64,000 nt of DNA, from the NCBI GenBank assembly GCA_002633005.1, contig NMRA01000506.1:230542-294541 (forward strand), written 5' to 3'. This document shows positions 58,802-64,000 of the stretch, piece by piece (position 1 is the stretch's first letter; every line of letters begins with the position of its first letter). Below the pieces are notes generated by a model that had not been told where the DNA came from, searched no databases, and saw only the letters and a list, made by a program, of their open reading frames with translations. The DNA is from Phoronis australis. Its lineage: Eukaryota > Animalia > Phoronida. Made by a program: the position numbers and the translations under genes.

Positions 58802-61800
58802 TCACATTTTCAGTATGAGGAGGTTTCTTCTCTTCATTTCTAATGTTGAAGTGACCGAGTCCAGGAACTGTAAATCTTTGTGACGTAACATCACACCTGC
58901 ATCAGCTGAGAGACATAACACTGCTTTGTACGCCCCCTGTCGTAGAGTGTTCGAACTGCCGCCAATGTGTGGAATCAGTTCAGCCCGGTTATCCAGTAAC
59001 GTTTCTATGAGTGAATCGATACTGTCGGTCCATTGAACCTGTCAAAATATTAAAAAAATACTTTGCCTGTTATACCATGAAATACGTCTTTTCAAGATTG
59101 TTCTAGCCTGGATTTCAGTCCTCCTTGGCTGCCGCAAAAAAAAAATAAAACGGTAAGAGCGTAGGGAAATGTTGAGTTTATTAATTAACCCCGGTAATTA
59201 AAATTATACGGATGAAAAAAGATTTAAATGTGTGCAGTTTTAGTGTTGGGGGGGGGCTCAAATCCAATTTCAAGTGTCAAATTCGGAACACGGCGCATTC
59301 GTAACGGAACTATGGCTAAGTATAGGNNNNNNNNNNNNNNNNNNNNNNNNNNNNNNNNNNNNNNNNNNNNNNNNNNNNNNNNNNNNNNNNNNNNNNNNNN
59401 NNNNNNNNNNNNNNNNNNNNNNNNNNNNNNNNNNNNNNNNNNNNNNNNNNNNNNNNNNNNNNNNNNNNNNNNNNNNNNNNNNNNNNNNNNNNNNNNNNNN
59501 NNNNNNNNNNNNNNNNNNNNNNNNNNNNNNNNNNNNNNNNNNNNNNNNNNNNNNNNNNNNNNNNNNNNNNNNNNNNNNNNNNNNNNNNNNNNNNNNNNNN
59601 NNNNNNNNNNNTTTGACACGTTCTCCGTGATTTTTTTTTTTTTTTTTTGTCTTTCTTGGACAATACTTCAGGAATCAAGGAAAATGCTTGATTTTTAGAG
59701 GTAAAAACAGAAAAATTTTCTCCCCCCATTCGGTGCTATGCGCATCTACAATCGTGGTTCAGTTTGCGCAAATGCTTTCAGCCGGCCAAAATGTTGGGCC
59801 CCCCCTTGTGATATCCTAGATCCGCCACTGTCCTCCCGTCAACGACAATTTCGCTTGTAGTCCCCGCCCAATACTGTGGTTACGCCTGACGGTCTGTCGA
59901 TAGCCGTGCAAGATCGGCGGGAAATAGTTTATTTTCAGAATAACTAACTGTCAGATTTTGCTACTCGAAGAAACTGCAAACTTTCGTTATTTTATCATAC
60001 TTCTGAAATTCCTTTTAAAATACTAATCATTGAACATATGATTAGTGCAAAAATAATGCACGTTACCTTTGATTTTCCTAAAAATAGTAATTTAAGCGGA
60101 GAGTGTCGTAACTGCCACAGAAAGACGTGAAATTTTCGTACAAAACAAATTCTGTTTCTTCATTCTGTTGGCTATCGTGGTATTGTCTCGCGTCAAGACT
60201 TTTTAATTTGAAACTTCTGCTTTTAAATTACCGGTAACACTAATAAACTTAGTACAAAATGTTGAAGTTTATTTTTGCAAGTGACCTCTTGGGCTTTGAC
60301 AGTAAATACCAGAGGTGTTTTGGTTGTCAAGGGAACAGAGAAACTTAGAAACAGAATTAGCAGGCGGCCGAAGATTTTCACACACTGTTAAGTATTGTCG
60401 ATCTCCTTGGAGAACTTGATAGCTTTTGGGTAGAAAAAAAAACGCTCTGTAGATGAATCCCCGACAACCCTCAAAGGATTAGAGGGAAATTTGAAAATTC
60501 CTTTCAAACGGGCAGGCGTGACCTAGCTACGCTTTAGCGAAATACAAGGCAACTCTGGCGAAAGACCACTCGGGCCAAGAAAAGGCATAAATATCCAATC
60601 TGGGACATTATAAGAGTTTGAGTTTTTAGCAGATTCCTGCTTTCGTCATTCAAGGTTGACGCCACTGCTGGTGCACTAGCAAGTGACAAAACGAGCTGGA
60701 TTGGTTGAAATCATAAAAACGGGGTTTAATATCCTTCTAAATTGAATAAAGTCACTTGGTGATCTAAGCTAACTACACGGCGCTCCACCGTGGACTGTAT
60801 TATATCCGAGTACCCACCTGCACTTTTTCATATGGGTGGAAGAATTCCTTCAGAGCACATGCAAGAAGATCCGTCTTCACGTGTCTTAGGAGATCGTCAT
60901 CTGCCTCGTGCGTCATCACGTACAGCGCAACTTCAAAGTTGGGCGTGAGACTGGACGCTACCTTGCAGTATCGGTCATTGTGATCGTAGTCGAAACGCGC
61001 TAACGACGAATTGGTGAAGAGTGTGTTCACGTGAATATTTTCTAACGCCGTGTCACTGTGAGATTTCTCAATGCAACCAATTTCTATCCTACTTCTGTTG
61101 TAGTCTGTCAGTGTTGTGTCGCTGGGACTTTTGGGTATGAGGGAAGTTGGATAGAAGATATCTTTACTTCGCCGCTTCCTCTTTTTCATGCAAGCGTTCT
61201 GAATGTCCATCCACGAACCCACGTGCCCGCACGTGTGCGAGATGGCATCCCAATGTTTCTTTACAAACTTCCCGCGTGATTTTGGAACGGGAACAAATTT
61301 CTTATACTTGTCATTCGACCGCCGCAGTAATTTATGTTGCGCGCTATCAAAGAAGAATTTGAGCTGCTTTTGTAGACGAGTCTTCAGTTTCACATCGTTT
61401 CCTTTACAGACCAAAATTGCTGAGAAATCCTCCAAAGAAAATCTCGAATTCAAATATTTGTGCTTGGCGCAGAAACAGTCCTTAGTCTTTTTCGAGACAC
61501 CGTTGACATTTTGCTCCTCACAAAACTCATCGTCAGCTAGGTGATGAGACCCTGTAAAGTTGCCATCAATAAAGTGGGGACTCTCGTGCCAAAGGTCGTG
61601 CACTGAACAGCTAAGATGACGACTTCGTCTAGACCTGTACAAGGTAGATTGTTCACGTCTTTCCTTAATTTCTTCAAAACTATAACCGGATTCTTGTCCA
61701 TTTTTGTCAAAGTGAAAGTACGTCACGTAACCATTGGAAGAACCGAAAAACTTCAGTGATTCGTCTCTCGAATTCTGGTCAATGGCCTTTTTCTGGCTTG

Positions 61801-62065
61801 GCACACAAGCCCGTTCACCATGGTCTTTTCTTTTTCTGTTTCTGAATATCGATATCGCCTGTACCCTGTCTTTCAGACGCATTCTTTCTCCAGTTTCTTT
61901 TGCAATGCCCGAAACGTTTAATTCCTTCCGCTTGATTCCAATCGCCAAAGGCTCGACTAGTTCCTTTGCCAATGGCGAATTCTCGACGATGTTCGGTGTG
62001 GATTTTGAGAAAAACTTCATTGCTCTCGGTGATACCACTTCTGAGAGCAAGTCCGACTGTGGTTC
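58802..62065 (-). CDS. Uncharacterised protein (two 3' exons, ~494 codons; 5' end not defined)
   Basis: Exon 62065-60818 (1248 nt open; acceptor ttcag, donor cag|gtgggt) splices in phase 0 to exon 59038-58802 (acceptor ttttgacag; VQWTDSIDSLIETLL..LILKM*). Minus-strand AATAAA at 58744-58749. Confidence 0.7.
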
Positions 62066-64000
62066 CTGAATTTAAAAATTTGAGCAACATACCTTACAAT
62101 TATGAAAGAAATAGTGTAAATGAGACATATAGCCAAAAGAAGAAATTATTATTGTTCTATCGATGGCGATGGCCAGTCATCGTTCCAATCAGACCTACTT
62201 CTGCATTTTCATGTACTAACCGTTTTTAGCAGGTGAAAATTTGAGAGAACCTTACTAGAAGTCAATTTGTTGGCTTAACTAGCTTTGAGTTCTACACACT
62301 CGGCGAGTCCCCCCGCCTCGTTGCCACAAGACCCAATGATTGTAAAACTTTGGACGGGAAATGAATCCTTAGGCAAGGCCATAATTAGATAAAAATCTTT
62401 GCCTTAGGCTAAACATGCCTATTGCGGTCAGTGGGCATGTAATTTATGCGCATAAGACCGTCCGCTCGAAACAATGGAAGTAGAGCGGACGCTTTTCTCA
62501 GACCCTGCCCACCATGCGGCTGGTAACGGGAAAAACCCCAAGAATCGCAATTAGTGAGGATGGGCGGAGAAATGATTGTGGAGATCTCACAGGGATCCTC
62601 GGGGCAGGTCGAAAATTGTGGATTACGGGCGGTAGCTCAATTAAATTACCAGGCTCCTAGACATTTCATAGGTTAGGACTGCACTGTTATTAGATGTTAT
62701 AGCTGAATGTCGATATCGTTTGCCACCAAAAATGTCTGCAAAGCTGACACGATTGTAGTCGTGTTATTTGAGATATAGGCGTCCGTGAAAAAAGTTGCAA
62801 GTTGCGACGCTTTGTTGATTTCTTTCCGGTATTTTACCCCAGTAATCTCAAAATTGGTCGGAGAGGATGGGGTGACACTTCTAACACTTGCAAGTGAAAC
62901 CTGATACGTCACTCATTAACGACTGTATGGTGATGTCATGTCATCAATGTACTCTTGTCGTTTTTGACGCAAACACCTTGTACATGGGCCAAGGTTGCGT
63001 TTAATAACCGCAAGAAGAAAACTAGAGTGAACATGTAATACGTGGCGATATCTCGTGAAGTCTAGTTGGCTGGCGTTTTCGCGAGATTCTCGGGTCTGCG
63101 GAACGCACACCGATTTTCACTCAAGTACTCTCATTGCTTGGCGTGCGCCTACGCTATTGTCGCCTAGTCGAGAGTACTGAGGACAAAAGAGGGATACAGA
63201 TGGCCTGGATATGTTAGAGCGTACGAAGGAGGGTTCGAGTGTTCATTAACAGGAAATTGGGTGTAATAAAATACAACTGAAAGAAATCGATGAAGGCCGC
63301 CAAAGTGCAAGACATACTGGTGAGCTCGAGGCTAGGGTCAAAAGTTAGAAAATTTATCATTCCTTCAACTACAGTTCTCTCTACCTTAAGCTGTCTGCCT
63401 TTTTACGAATTTGGGCGACAAATATTTCTAAATAAGGATTTGTTCCCATGTGATAAGGGTGTTAATTCAACCCAGCCTGAAGCCGCCGCGTTTTCTTGAG
63501 TGGTTGATGATTTTGGTGTTCTTGTTGATAACAGAAATAACATAAATTTTAGTCAGTCAAACCGGGAGAATGAAGCTAACAGGAAACTTATTTTATTTCG
63601 TTTTTTTACAATTTTACATACACGACTAATGTTGCACAGAGAGTGGTTTTAGAAATCATTTTTTTCCATTTGTCCATGCACTTACGGGATGCAGTCCGTA
63701 AAAAGTCACGCCTTGGAGTTTATTCTGCGACGTTCCGAATGTAAAATTAACTTGGCGCCTCGTTGTGTGCATGTTGTCTGAAAAAGAAAAACCATTGAAA
63801 TTTTCAACACAAGTCGTCAATTGCATTTTTCTGGGAAGACAATTGTCTCAATCAATTCGCGACACTTACCGTAAACCCTGACAAAGTTAAACATAGACAC
63901 AAATCTCATGATAAGGACAGATTTATAATACGATCACAATTCACCGTCAGAGAGCGCTCACTGCACTTGATCTGTAACGCTGTATCGGGGGGGGGGGGGG

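Overview
AT-rich, intron-containing animal (probably marine invertebrate) genomic scaffold with three N-gaps (33328-33674, 48215-48481, 59327-59611) and single-N joins (7762, 15735, 54004). The ORF track mostly shows exon fragments, so genes were rebuilt by hand from GT-AG boundaries and phase. Four recognisable spliced genes: AVEN (+, 10816-17018), STYX pseudophosphatase (-, 19341-28212), TPGS2 (+, 29719-42444, head-to-head with STYX) and a prodomain-less, probably membrane-anchored M14 zinc carboxypeptidase (+, 50328-56909). Two unrecognised minus-strand genes lie at 46671-48214 (frameshifted by a 4-bp duplication) and 58802-62065. The first 10.6 kb holds a decayed L1/Tx1-like LINE and what looks like a decayed LRR-GPCR pseudogene. 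Introns are full of non-autonomous elements: TTAA/Kolobok-like, TA/Tc1-mariner-like, a 1.75-kb TIR element, tRNA-SINEs, foldbacks and minisatellites. The most notable object is a 553-bp miniature LTR retrotransposon (31879-32431) with a tRNA-Ser primer-binding site, a polypurine tract and a tRNA-sized Pol III module inside each LTR. All family assignments come from recognised motifs, not database searches.
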